The notes beneath the pieces are model-generated. The model had not been told where the DNA came from and did not search any database. It was given only the letters and a program-made list of their open reading frames with translations. A DNA stretch of 64,000 nucleotides from Macrostomum lignano (Eukaryota), in NCBI GenBank assembly GCA_002269645.1, contig NIVC01000750.1, positions 1 through 64,000 of the forward strand, given 5' to 3'. A program made the translations under genes and the position numbers. Positions 11,985-25,749 of the stretch are shown here, piece after piece (within the stretch, counting starts at the first letter, position 1; every line of letters starts with the position of its first letter).

Positions 11985-13885
11985 TTTCTGGGGCGATTCT
12001 AAGGGAGGTTCTGGGGCGATTCTAAGGGGAGATTCTGGGGCGATTCTAAGGAGGATTCTGGGGCGATTCTAAGGGAGGTTCTGGGGCGATTCTAAGGGGG
12101 ATTCTGTGGCGATTCTAAGGGGGATTCTGTGGCGATTCTAAGGGGGATTCTGTGGCGATTCTAAGGGAGGTTCTGGGGCGATTCTAAGGGAGGTTCTGGG
12201 GCGATTCTAAGGGAGGTTCTGGGGCGATTCTAAGGGAGGTTCTGGGGCGATTCTAAGGGAGGTTCTGGGGCGATTCTAAGGGAGGTTCTGGGGCGATTCT
12301 AAGGGAGGTTCTGGGGCGATTCTAAGGGAGGTTCTGGGGCGATTCTAAGGGAGGTTCTGGGGCGATTCTAAGTGGGATTCTGTGGCGATTCTAAGGGGGA
12401 TTCTGTGGCGATTCTAAGGGAGATTCTGGGGCGATTCTAAGGGGGATTCCGGGGCGATTCTAAGGGGGATTCCGGGGCGATTCTAAGGGAGATTCTGGGG
12501 CGATTCTAAGGGGGATTCCGGGGCGATTCTAAGGGGGATTCCGGGGCGATTTTAAGGCGATTCTGGGGCGATTCTAAGTGGGATTCCGGGGCGATTCTAA
12601 GGGGGATTCTGGGGCGATTCTAAGGGAGATTCTGGGGCGATTCTAAGTGGGATTCTGGGGCGATTCTAAGGGGGATTCTGGGGCGATTCTAAGGGGGATT
12701 CTGGGGCGATTCTAAGGGAGATTCTGGGGCGATTCTAAGGGGGATTCCGGGGCGATTCTAAGGGGGATTCCGGGGCGATTTTAAGGCGATTCTAAGGGAG
12801 GTTCTGGGGCGATTCTGGGGCGATTCTAAGTGGGATTCTGGGGCGATTCTAAGGGGGATTCCGGGGCGATTCTAAGGGGGATTCTGGGGCGATTCTAAGG
12901 GAGGTTCCGGGGCGATTCAAAGTGGGATTCTGGGGCGATTTTAAGGGAGATTCCGGGGCGATTCTAAGGGGGATTCTGGGGCGATTCTAAGGGGATTCTG
13001 GGGCGATTCTAAGGGGGATTCTGGGGCGATTCTAAGGGAGGTTCTGGGGCGATTCTAAGGGAGGTTCTGGGGCGATTCAAAGCGGGATTCTGGGGCGATT
13101 CAAAGTGGAATTCTGGGGCGATTCTAAGGGAGGTTCTGGGGCGATTCTAAGGGAGGTTCTGGGGCGATTCTAAGGGAGGTTCTGGGGCGATTCTAAGGGA
13201 GGTTCTGGGGCGATTCTAAGGGAGGTTCTGGGGCGATTTTAAGTGGTATTCTGGGGCGATTCTAAGGGAGGTTCCGGGGCGATTCAAAGTGGGATTCTGG
13301 GGCGATTTTAAGGGAGATTCCGGGGCGATTCTAAGGGGGATTCTGGGGCGATTCTAAGGGGATTCTGGGGCGATTCTAAGGGGGATTCTGGGGCGATTCT
13401 AAGGGAGGTTCTGGGGCGATTCTAAGGGAGGTTCTGGGGCGATTCAAAGCGGGATTCTGGGGCGATTCAAAGTGGAATTCTGGGGCGATTCTAAGGGAGG
13501 TTCTGGGGCGATTCTAAGGGAGGTTCTGGGGCGATTCTAAGGGAGGTTCTGGGGCGATTCTAAGGGAGGTTCTGGGGCGATTTTAAGTGGTATTCTGGGG
13601 CGATTCTAAGGGAGGTTCTGGGGCGATTTTAAGTGGTATTCTGGGGCGATTCTAAGGGAGGTTCTGGGGCGATGCTAAGTGGGATTCTGGGGCGATTCAA
13701 AGTGGAATTCTGGGGCGATTCTAAGGGAGGTTCTGGGGCGATTCTAAGGGAGGTTCTGGGGCGATTCTAAGGGAGGTTCTGGGGCGATTCTAAGTGGGAT
13801 TCTGGGGCGATTTAAAGGGCAATTCTGGGGCGATTCTAAAATGGAGATTCTGGGGCGATTTTAAGGGAGATTATGGGGCGATTCT
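11985..13885. repeat. 23-bp minisatellite (ggggcgattctaagggaggttct)n upstream of SelU
   Basis: Period of 23 (12181, 12204). Confidence 0.96.
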
Positions 13886-14615
13886 ACGGAAGTTTTTAAA
13901 GTCGTTTTAGCAGAGATACTTCACGATGACAATATCTATTTACAGTAAATTGGCAAGCTATTAAACAAAAACATTAAACAAACAAGAAAGGTTAAACAAT
14001 TCTAAAAGCAGTGTATTTATATGAATGGCATTTGATCAAAGCAGTCCTTGACTCCCTCAACACTAAATCTACTAAAATCAGAACTGTCTACAGTTTACAT
14101 TTCAAAACTGAATAAATTATCATAGGGAATGCATTTGACACCGTTACAATTTACTGTATTACAAGCGTTACACACTACTGAAGATATAGTAGATAGTCTT
14201 TACTTACAATTTTACAAAAAAATCGATATAAACCGACACCAATAGCTAAATAAAATATCAAACGAGTCATAAAATTACCCGATGAAAACGATGAAGCGCC
14301 ACAGAGCCCGACGACTCAAAAACGACAATACATCCCGGTACAAGTCGCCCCAGTCACCAGTGAGTTGTTTCTGACTCTTTCGCAATTCTTGTTAGGGTAA
14401 GGTTTTCAACCGGACAGCCAAAGCAAAACAAATTGCACAGTTGTATATCATATTTTATACCTTTGTAATGGTTTACCTTCAAGAAATTTTAAATTCAAAA
14501 CGTTACATTTCCAATGGTGTCTACACAAGTCTATGTTTAACCATGTGTTCCATAAAGTAGATGTATAGCAGAGAAATTAGTGGGGTCGAGCATTTACAGA
14601 CTACAGCTTTTTTAT

Positions 14616-14956
14616 TCAACCGCTTGGGGTCTTGCGAGTTGTCGCGGCTGCCCGAGTGGTTGCCGAGGTTCTGCCGGAATAAGTTGGCGTCGCGGGCGAA
14701 CTGGCTGACCCGCCATCGCCGCTTGTGACGTGGAAGAAATACAGCTGAAATGTATTGTTGCTAACTGCTGAAATGCTGCTGTTGACAGACGGACAGACAG
14801 ACGGACAGACAGACACACAGACACACGGACAGACAGACAGACACACGGACAGACAGACAGACAGACAGACAGGCAGACAGACAGACAGACAGGCAGACAG
14901 ACAGACAGACACACAGACAGACAGACAGACAGATAGACAGACAGACAGACAGATAC

Positions 14957-14989
<33 letters not shown>

Positions 14990-15086
14990 TACACAGACAG
15001 ACAGACAGACAGACAGACACTAAGACAAACAGACAGACAGACAGACAGACACTAAGACAGACAGACAGACAGACAGACAGACACTA

Positions 15087-15119
<33 letters not shown>

Positions 15120-15709
15120 CACAGAGCCCTCACCTTGAAGCCAACAGCCAGGGCAGCGTGCAGCAGCATGGCGGCAGTCAACAATCCCACAGCTGTCCAC
15201 CGCTCCCCAGAGGACACGCTGGGCCACAGCGAGAGGGCCAGCACAGTGCCGGACAGGGCCATGGCCAGCAGTATCAGCGCCCACTGCACAGCAGCCAGCT
15301 GTATAACGCACAGCACGGACACGGGGATGTAGATTGACAGGGAATAGCCGTACAGGCACAGCAGCTCCAGGTAGGCATACTTCTCTGGCACCTGGCGCCA
15401 CCAGGTGACCGCCCACAGCAGCAGCGGCACCAGCCACCAGTACAGATAAATTGCCGTGGCGGCGAATGTCACCTTGCGAAAATCGTAAACCCACACGTAG
15501 TTGCCGCCGGCTGCTGATGTTTGGAAATAATCCGCCAGATTGCCGGCTATGGCGGTGACGAACACCAGGGTGGTGCACACCCAGAACGGGCCGTACAGGT
15601 CCGGCGAGTGACGGATATCGTCAGATACTAGATTGCGGTTGGGCCTGGGCACGAAGGAGCTGAGGATGCGCTTGCCCACCTGGGAATGGATAGATAGATA
15701 TATAGATAC

Positions 15710-15759
<50 letters not shown>

Positions 15760-15805
15760 GGATGGATAGATAGATAGATAGATAGATATATACATAAATA
15801 GATAC

Positions 15806-15875
<70 letters not shown>

Positions 15876-15876
15876 G

Positions 15877-15910
<34 letters not shown>

Positions 15911-15917
15911 AAAATAG

Positions 15918-15989
<72 letters not shown>

Positions 15990-16429
15990 GTAGGCAGATA
16001 GGCAGACAAGTAGTTTTATAAACACGCTAAGCCACCCACCTGGTTGGTATCCACATCAAAGAACTGTTGATAATAGGCCATAGACAGCACGCTGGGCTTT
16101 TTAGCTGCTTCTTCAGTGGTTTCGCCATCTTCTCCATCAGCTCCGCCATCTCTGATCAGCTTGGCCCTGTCTCCAGCGGTGCTACCCGGTCTGTCATAAT
16201 GCACATCGTCATCTTCGTCTCCATCATCGAGGCCCACAGAGGTGTCCCTAGCTGGGAATTCTTTGTGCGGACTGTTCAAGTCCACTTTGGTGTATTCCAC
16301 GTCTAAAGGAGAAATTGAGGGCAGAAATATAATCTTGAAATAATTAACTAATTTGCAATTTCTCTTTTAATGCTAGTAAAGGTTAGAAAAAAACTAATAA
16401 TTTAACTCACCTTTAAAACTTCTAGCCAT
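14616..16429 (-). CDS. YIPF1: Yip1 domain family protein YIPF1/2; join(complement 16429..16411, 16302..16040, 15679..15134, 14744..14616)
   Basis: [86 protein letters not shown] is the YIPF1/2 signature. All four exons are phase-consistent. YIPF1 versus YIPF2 cannot be resolved. Confidence 0.93.
14783..15122. repeat. (GACA)n microsatellite, YIPF intron 3
   Basis: Direct inspection. Confidence 0.97.
15688..16005. repeat. (GATA)n microsatellite, YIPF intron 2
   Basis: Direct inspection. Confidence 0.97.
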
Positions 16430-18117
16430 TTTTACTTCTATTTAACAGAGAGCTAGAAAGTTGATTGTAGATAAACTGTAGAATACCTAGAAATATTCAA
16501 ATATCAATATACAATAGCCAAAATCATGTTCATAAACACCAAGCATAAATGACCTGGTTTAAGTGGATCCTAGTCATTTTGTCAGCTTGTCCACAAGTGG
16601 AAAGGGGGCCACTTCTTTAGTAAATTTGTCAATAGGCCAATTATAAGATTAATAAAGTTAGTCATAAAATTAAAAACAATACAATGCAAATATCAACACT
16701 ATTCTATCTTAATCTTGGCTTAGGACAAGACCCAAGACCTAAGATTCGTGGAAGTTGCCTATAGTGTTATGATTTTGTATGAGGATATAGCAGATTTGAA
16801 AAGCCCTAATGCAGAACATCGTTCAAGATAAGATTGTTCTTAGCTCCTATCTTTGCAGTGTAAAAGTTCCAATGCACGATCAAACTTACGCTATGACAGC
16901 TATATATTGTGACCCCTAAATTCTTAGAATGAAACTCTATAAGCCTAGTTTGAAAGCTCAGTGTCAAGTCAGTTTATGTCAACGCTGATAAGAATCCACT
17001 TGCAAAGCATCTGTAGTAAGTAATAATTGACGGACCAACTTCACAAGCAATCAAAACAAGCAAGCAGACAAGAAAATATTCTAATTTGGAAAGTTAAAAC
17101 CTTGCAATTGTGATTGCGAATTTCTAGGAAGCAGACATCAAAATTCTGCAAACAAATGTGCAAGGTGATCTATAATTGTACGAGTAATAATGTTTTTTAA
17201 TTTGTGCCTAAACGCTAAGTAAATAGTTTGTTATACTGTACGATTTTCTCATAATTTACAAATTACATAATTTTCTCATAATTTACAATTTACATAATTT
17301 TACAAATATAATTTTTGTTTTAAATCTACGAGTAAAATAGTATAAATAGAAGCAATTTTGGCGGAGGAAGAAGCACCCTCGCGCACCACGGTTCACTAAC
17401 AAAATAGTTGATAACAAATAGTAAGAGTTCCAAGAAAATAAGAATTGAAGTTCTAAGTGTTTTCTGTGTTGATTCTTTTTAAAAAGTAAGAGTGAAATAG
17501 ACTGAAGTGTATACAGTATATACTATTGAGAAGCAGCAGCATTGAGTAGTAAGAGAATACAAAGTAGTTCTTAAGTAATAAGTGTAACCGGAGGCTGTGA
17601 CCCTCTGATCTCGGTAACGCCCAAGGACTTGCAAAGTACATGAAATACATATACCAGTATAGCCGATAGACCACTCAGGCCAGAATAATAATAAACGCTA
17701 CCAGAACAATAGAAACGCTACCAGAATAACAAGAGAACGATAACAATTGTAAGGGCTAAAGAATATTTTAAGAACGATATACTCAGAATAAATACTCAGA
17801 CTGAATACTCAGACTAAATACTCAGACTAAATACTAAGATATATACTCAGATCAATTCTAAGAAACATTTCTCGGATTATTCTAAGATTGATAAACTCAT
17901 AATTTATTAATAGGATAATCCTGGTAGCAGCTACCAACTTAAAAGATTAGCTTAGCCCCTAGTACAACTTTAGTGACAGCTGTGGAATTATTATTAGAGA
18001 CAGAAGTAACCCCTACCACAACTTGGTGGCAGCGGTGGGATTCTCAGTGTACAGGAAACCCCCCTACCACAACTTGGTGGCATAACGGCAGAATTCTTAT
18101 AGAGAGCCAAAAGGCCT

Positions 18118-18300
18118 GTTACACAAAGTTTGGCAAGCAAATTTCCTGCAAGCAAACTTCGGCAAGCAAAGTTTGGCAAGCAAAGTTTGGTGGGCGAAAT
18201 TCCACAAGCAAAGTTTGGCAAGCAAAATTCTGTAAGCAAAGCTCGGCAAGCAAAATTCCTGCAAGCAAACTTCGGCAAGCAAACTTCCCGCAAGCAAATG
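18118..18300. repeat. Short dispersed tandem gcaagcaaa units, probably subterminal repeats of a decayed MITE
   Basis: About 10 copies of ggcaagcaaa variants. Confidence 0.6.
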
Positions 18301-20269
18301 TCATACTCCCAAGTTCTTTAGGCCTATAGACCCTGGCATTAGCTATCAGCCAATAGGTCAGGGGGTCACCTACTGATTTTTATGCTAAGTAGCATCAAGA
18401 AGTTGCCTAAGAGATAGGATAAGTGCATAAGTCTCAAGGGTGCCTATGTTGAAAAATAAGAAGAGTAGTGTTACATTTGCTCAATCTATCAATCTGTTAG
18501 AAATGTTTGATTGCGGACTTTCCAAATAACCCTTATAATATATAACCAAAAATTTAGGCATGCATTAGCCATGTATGCCAAAAGTTAGACATGCACATGC
18601 ACATAGCTAGGCCTAGGCTTATACCTAGCCTAGCTAACTTAAGAACCCAATCAAATATTTTTTATTATAATTAAAAACATAGACCTTTAAATATAATCTA
18701 TAAACAAACTTATCTCCTAAGCCCATTATCATAGACTAGACCTAGATCTAGGCTAGCTAAAACTAGTTAAGAGCCAATTATGTCAAAAAACTAAGGGAAA
18801 GGCTCTAATTGTTTGCTTTGCTAGGATTGGAATTTAGCAGGTTTAGGTTCAAAATCCTTATTTTCTTATAATGATAATATTGCTGTAAAAAAGGGACATT
18901 GCATTAAATTGATGTCTTTTTTTTTCATAAAAAGGCCACTTTCTAGTTTTTTAATCAGATATATCCATATAGCCATAGGCCTATGGCCATAGCCCATAGG
19001 GGCAGGGCAGAGGGCCCTACTAAAATTATTATAGCAAAATGTATTATGTTTGCTATGGCCTATGACATCTTAAATTATGTCAAAGTACAGACTGTACAAG
19101 CAATTAGCTATAGCCATATAGTCTACAAGTTTTATTTTTAAAAAGATACTAGCTATCCTAAAAAGAATTCTCTACAAACTACACCCAGTACATGCAAAAT
19201 TCATGTAAGTTTTGTTTGTATCTAAAATCTATAAAATCTACAATACAAAATCTGTCACCAATTTGACTGTTGCCAGATTTTCTGTTGCCAGATCGTCTTG
19301 TTGCTAGATTGACTAGAAGCCACTAATAACCACCTAATGAGTAATGTCAAACTTGTGGGCAAGGGTGAGCTAGGCCCTTAAAAGACAAAATGCTAGCCAT
19401 ATAATTTGTGGTAACTGATAACTCACATTTTGATATTTAAAACAACTAAAAGCAAAAGCAAAGCACATTACAACACCTATTATGCTAGCCTAGGCCTACT
19501 TAGTACTCCTATATACATACATGTACATCAGTATTATATATGAATCAATGTGTCGATGTTAATATGCTAATTGCGTTTGATGAACAGAACAGTAAAAAGT
19601 TTTTTATCTATACATAGAAACAAAATAGATTAGTAGATTTCTATAGATTTATTTAGGCATTTTATATTCAAAATAATTATTATAGGCCTATTACACTTTA
19701 ACAGTAAGAAAATGTACAAGATTTTAAGAAATGCTACTAGCAATAGCAATCTAGTGCAGCCCTCCTTTGAGGTGCTCAATAGGCCTAAGCAAGGAGCAAA
19801 AATAGTTCATGGAAAACAATTAAAAATGCACATTTTCTTAAATACCATTGCTTCTTCACTTTTAAAAATCACCTTATTCATATAAAATTGTCATGGACAA
19901 TGATATTTATATGGCAGTAATATTTATATTTATATGGTAGCTTACTGCCTACTAGAAAGCGTTTTTAACAACGCATTTTTCTAGGAAAAAACTTTATAGA
20001 GTTGGATCTTGACAGAATTGACAGTATGACAGAAGACAGAATGACAGGAACAAATTGACAGATTTATGAGGCAATTGATAAGGACAGGGGCAGTGTTAAA
20101 AAAATTTCCTAATTTTTGTAAAAAATTCTTTTTTTATTTCTAATTTTCTATATTTCTACATTTTAAAAAAGTATTGCTTGCTAACTAAGGCTAGGCTAGG
20201 CCTAGACCTAATCTAGCTAGCTAAGCCTAAGCCAAGGCCAACCAACTTAACAAGCCTAAAAATAAGGAA

Positions 20270-21356
20270 TTTTCGGCGAAAGACGCCTCAGCGAAAGTGA
20301 ATTTTAGGTTTCAATAGATGTACATTTCGGCGAAAGAAAGTGACCAGTTCGGCGAAAAGATGGGCTACGTATATATTGCAAAAATACCACTTTGGTGATT
20401 GAAGCTTTTAATAAATTGTTCATTGCTGCAAATTATTTGCAGTTAGAAAATTTAAAAACTCATGCCTTAGCTCGTAGCTATGTTATGTACATGCGATCTA
20501 TCGATATGCAGTCGATAGATTAGGGATGATGACGGTGTGGTTTTCAGATTAAATCAAAAAGGCTCCTAAAATCGTACTTTGAAATTCCGCCATCTAATAA
20601 GGCATCTAATAAAACAACTAAATTAAACTGCAACAAAACAAAAACATGTCACGATAAAATTAGTCTTTTTAAAGTTCGTCGTTTTTCTTTTTAACTTTCT
20701 TCTAAAACAAAAAACTCTTCAACAAAGCTTCGAATAAATTTTTCGCCGAAATGGTCAGCTTTAGACGAAATGGTCATTGCGAAAGTACTTTCGCCGTTAT
20801 TGGGCCTTTTCATATTACCAATAACAAATTCCAGAACCAGAATCGGTTCGGATTTTCCAAGAAAAACAGCAGTATAACTATTTAATTCTGTTGAATGTTT
20901 GACTGCCTTAACAACCTCACTTAGCTTGGCACAATTTTTCACTTTCTTCTTGGCGATTGTCATTTAATAATAAAAACTTTATAGCACGTATCTCCCTCTA
21001 GTTGTGGGGACAAGAAGTTATACTTCACAAATACGTATTAAACATTCGCCGACACTTAAATTTAACATTCTTCTTCACGTGAAGAGAATCAATGCAGAAT
21101 AACAAATTTCATGATTCATATTTAATAAAATAAAGCAAAAAAAGCTTAAAATAAAGCAGTTTACTGGTAGTTTGTGAGGAATAAACAAATTTAATGCTTT
21201 TTCCTACGATTCGTACAACGGAAACTAAAGTGTCTGTAGAAGTGTCTGAATAAGTGTCGGCGAATGTTTCATACGTTCACAAATTGGTTCTGGTTCTGGA
21301 ACCAGAACAAACAATATGAAAAGGCCCATTGACTTTCGCCGAGGTAGGTTGAAACC
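20270..21356. mobile_element. Decayed MITE-like element with nested inverted repeats
   Basis: ttcggcgaaa / tttcgccga motifs at both ends; 20801-20845 inverted with 21285-21329; 21031-21058 inverted with 21251-21277; ggtttcaa (20307) / ttgaaacc (21349). No clear TSD. Confidence 0.5.
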
Positions 21357-22863
21357 CCTGGCACTCCCTGCACTTGACAAATCATCATTCTATTGCTCAT
21401 CATTTTTTAATTATATTGCATGAGGCCAGAGGGTGCAAGCAATTGAAATGCCTATAGTTAGATATAGGTAGCCTAATAGGTTATGTAGTCTATAGATATA
21501 AAATGCAGTAGGCCCTATATTTATTCTTAAAAAATAGAAATGGGTACCATTCTTTAATTTAGAGCCTAGGCCTTATTTTAGAAATCTATTTAATTTAGAG
21601 CCTAGGCCTTATTTTAGAAATCTATTTAGCTAGCAGTCTATTTTACCTATTTTTATTTTATCTATTTTACCCTCAAGAATCTATCTTCCCTTTAGCAAAT
21701 TTCTGCTTTAGTTGCACTATTATGAAGCTTAATATTGAAAAATTTATTTTATTTTACACATTTTTCATTTAAGTGAAAATAATTATTGATTGAACTTATC
21801 TTACCTTCTTACTTTAGCCTAGGCTAGCTAGCAGCCTAGCAATATGAACAATAGTATGAATATGAAAGTATAGGTATAAAAGGATGTCTAGATTTTGTAG
21901 CTTAGCAACCTTTTTAGCCTTTATATTATATAGCAATCTTTTTGGGTATGTAGTCATTTTGTCTAATTGCCTTTTTGTCTGCTGGTAGATAAAACAACTT
22001 TTTAAAATAAAGAATAAAATCAGCTAGGCCTAGGCCCTACAAAACTTATATCCAATATACTAAAAATGAGTTGTTTGCATATACTATATGTTTTCTAGTG
22101 TATTATGAGATAGGCCTATTTTAGGTCATGCAAAAAGTTATAATCAAATATTATTATAAATATGATAGGCCTATAAAATTGGAAATCTGTTAAAATTTTA
22201 GATAAATTCTAACTAGATAATATAAATATATTGATGGCTGAATTTATAGTTCTTGAGTTGACTGGACATGAGTTATAAGCATTAATATGAGCATTAGCCC
22301 TATCCAATGATGAACACATTAATATCTATTTTGCAAAGTTTATTCATTATAAACAAAAAGTTACATTGTAATATAATAATATTAAGGTAGGGGAAAGAAG
22401 ATTTTTTCAAATGGTAAATATTGTTAAAAAGTTGGGATTGTTTGGGTTTTCTTCGAAACTGCTTAGCATTGCATTTGCACAAATCAAGCTGGAAATCATG
22501 CAGATGAATCACAACAAAAATTCTTCTCCTGTTTTATTCCAACTGCTGGGTTCTCAGTTCGGGGAAAGGGTAGTCATAATTGTAGCCATGTAGGTCGTGT
22601 AGCGATGCGGTAATTCAAAATGATAAAACACTATAGATTTTGACACCGTAATTATATTTTGTTGATTCGCTAAGCTTGTTATTGTTAGTAGGGTAGTTGC
22701 TGCCACCACTGTAATTTATGTATTATAGAACAAAGAAGTCTCTGAGCTTTCTTTGAGCTGAGAAAACTTGGTTATTTTATGCCCTGTGGGCAAATGACTC
22801 AGGAGAGACTATGGCCTATCGTTAACAAATTATTAAAGGTTAAAACTTAGTTGCTGTTATTAT

Positions 22864-23382
22864 TGTGAGTTGGTTATGCTGAACAAAGGCTGGCTAGCAT
22901 TGAATAATTATTAATATTAATACAACAGAAGATGAATATTGCTTGCAGCGCCGGGGTGTTTAATCAAAGCTTACTGAGGCTGGTCAAAGTTAATCCGTGA
23001 ACAAATTACTAATAATAAAACACCACAAAAACAAACAATTAAAGAAAACAGGGCTCAGGACCATTGCTTAAATACACAAAGAAATGCAGACAAATGCTGG
23101 AGATAGGCGCTAGATGGGGGAGTGGGCAACAAATTTGTGGGATAGAACAGGTACAAATATATTAAAACACTGCACAAGAAACAAAATTCAGCAAAAGGAC
23201 AACAAATAAACAATGAAAAGATGCAACTAGGCCATGGAAAGGAAGGGGAGCTGCACAAACAATGGACAAAAATGGGGCGAAAAGTCAGCGGATAGGAATG
23301 GTGATGAAATTATTATTATTGTATACATTTAAAAGTTATTGAGTATTCAAGTTCAGTCAATTGTGGCATCCTGCCTGCCACA
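22864..23382 (-). repeat. LTR copy A of the gypsy element
   Basis: About 500-bp direct repeat of 29638-30181 (roughly 85-90% identity by eye), with tg...ca termini. Confidence 0.85.
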
Positions 23383-25129
23383 TGTGCTGGACGGCCCTAC
23401 GCAACAGGAAGAACTTAGTTGGCAGTCACCCGCTGCCATGGTGGCATCCTTGGCTAGCCGAAGAATGGCTGCCTTAGTTGGCGCCGCTGGTATCGCCCTG
23501 GCAGTTGGTCCTAGGTGCCTGAGTTGTTGGGGCCAGATTTAGAGCTAGAGGCTAGCCATAAACGCGCAGCTGACTGTCGACGGGCTGTAGTCTTTCGGGA
23601 TGTCTCCATGGTGGCGTCCTAGTACGCCTTTAGACAGAGGTCCCAGCCATTCTTGAGGAAGCCAGCCTCCATATAGATGAGGGTCAATAATAAAGCTAGG
23701 GCTGGTCGGAAGCTCTGCCTTTGGCAGAGGCTTTCCTCCGCGCTGGTCAAGTAGCTATCCAGAACCTCCTTGGCCGCAGACAATTGCATTAAGCCACACA
23801 TAGTCCGCCATAGGGTGTCGATTCTCATGTGGCCTTTGCACATTGCTTGGAGCTCAGCTGCATCAAGCGCCTATTGCAATCAGATTCAGGCTGGTGCCTC
23901 GCCCTCGAAGGTGGAGGTCAAGGCACGCAGAGTGAGCATTTCCTTAGGCGGAACCAGGGAGCTTGGGCAAGTGTAGCCTTGAGGTCTGGGGTCTGGCTGG
24001 TAGCACCTTTAGATGCCAGGTTGCTAGACATCACATTGCAGATTGAACAAACAATAAAGCAATCAGGGCAGCAATGAAAAATATATATATAAGAAGATGA
24101 TCAGGACAACAGAATAATATAAGAGGCGGATTGGATTTTGGCTAAGCGCGCAAAGAAAATTTACAAAATTAACAACAATGAGAGACACTTGGCTGCCTTA
24201 AATATAGGAGCGGCTGCCCAAGCGATGAATGAAGGGGAATTCATGCATTGAAACAGGGCACCAGTCACCGCCCACGCCCAGCATGCACTCTATGGTGGGC
24301 ATGCATGGAGGTGTGGTGGGTGACAAATCGCGGAGTAATAAAACAGATAGCTAACCGCAGCAGGGGGTCTAACTTAGAATGAATTGGGGCGCCTTAAATG
24401 GCTCACATCAAATGGAGGAGGGTGGTTAAAAAAAGACTGGTTAATGCATAAACAACAGCTAAAATAAAATAAAGTAGTAAGGGAGCAAAGGCGGGCTCTT
24501 TACTATTGATAATGTTAGAATAAAGTAGGTTAGCTACCGATATTTGCATGCAGAGGCTCCATAAGGAGTTGCAATGAAACAGGGGCAACAACTGGCACTG
24601 GGAGAGTGGGAGCCAGAATTAGCGGCCCTCACAATGTTCCTAGGCTCAAACAAGATCAAACAAAGAACAGGGGTTGAGTCACCTCAAATGCCTTCCACTG
24701 AGGACAAGGCCTGGATCCGGGGTGCTTGACTTGAACAGGGCACAGACAAAATTGGCCCTTAGACAGCGGGCTCACCAAATAGCAGAGAGAAAAAGGGGAC
24801 ATTCTGTTTTAATCGAACTGGAAGGTTTACAATAATTAACTGCTTTTCTCCCAAAAGCATAAGAAAAAGAGGGGATACTTCTGCACTTTGATTGTGTGCA
24901 AAGAAGTTTACAATAAATGGGGATTTGCAAAATCAGATAAAATGCAAATACTGTATTGCATTGATTAAATATTGAACACGTTGAATAAAATGGTCGCATT
25001 GGTGCAGGCTTTTGCCAGAAAGCTTAAGGATAAAACACGAAGCGCAGAGGTGCTGATTAATGAATCGCGTTGGATAAATAGCAACATTGCACACTATACC
25101 TGAGTACAAAACTGCTCAAATATATACTG

Positions 25130-25610
25130 CTTTTAGCCAGAAAGCATAAGGAAACAGCAAAAATTAAATGATAACAGCTGCTTTTATCCCTCAAGCATAA
25201 GGAAAATATAATGAAATTGAAATTTGATGCCTGCTTTTATCCAAAAAGCATAAAGAAAAGTACATTGATATTGAAATTTGATGCTGGCTTTTATCTAGAA
25301 AGCATAAGGAAAAGTACAAAGTTGAACAGCAAAATGGGAAATTGTTGCTTTTATCCCTCAAGCATAAGGAAAAGTACATTGATATTGAAATTTGATGCCG
25401 GCTTTCATCCAGAAAGCATAAGGAAAAATACAAAGTTGAACAGCAAAATGGGAAATTGTTGCTTTTATCCCTCAAGCATAAGGAAAAGTACAGAGTTGAA
25501 CAGCAAAATGGGAAAATTGTTGCTTTTATCCCTCAAGATGTCAAGCATAAGGAAAGTACATTAAAATTGAAATTTGATGCCACCTTTTATCCAAAAAGCA
25601 TAAAGAAAAA
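25130..25610. repeat. Imperfect tandem repeats (gcttttatccctcaagcataaggaaaagtaca..) downstream of the integrase
   Basis: About 8 related units of about 50-60 bp. Confidence 0.8.
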
Positions 25611-25749
25611 TCAAAATGAAATGGAAAATTAAAATTGGCTTTTAGCACAGAGCATGTGCAAAGAAAGCTTATAGCTAAATTCAAAATTGTGGCGTCAGAT
25701 TTCGGCTCGCAATCACTGTCGCACAATCCTTTCAGTCTTAGCCAGTCTG

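Noticed and set aside
14279-14400. Short GC-richer patch with donor-like sites on both strands
   Set aside because: No ORF joins SelU in frame; at most an untranslated exon, unsupported without transcripts.
22300-22600. Cys/His-containing minus-strand fragment (GYNYDYPFPEL..HDFQLDLCKCNA)
   Set aside because: Interrupted by stops, with no splice context or family I can support.
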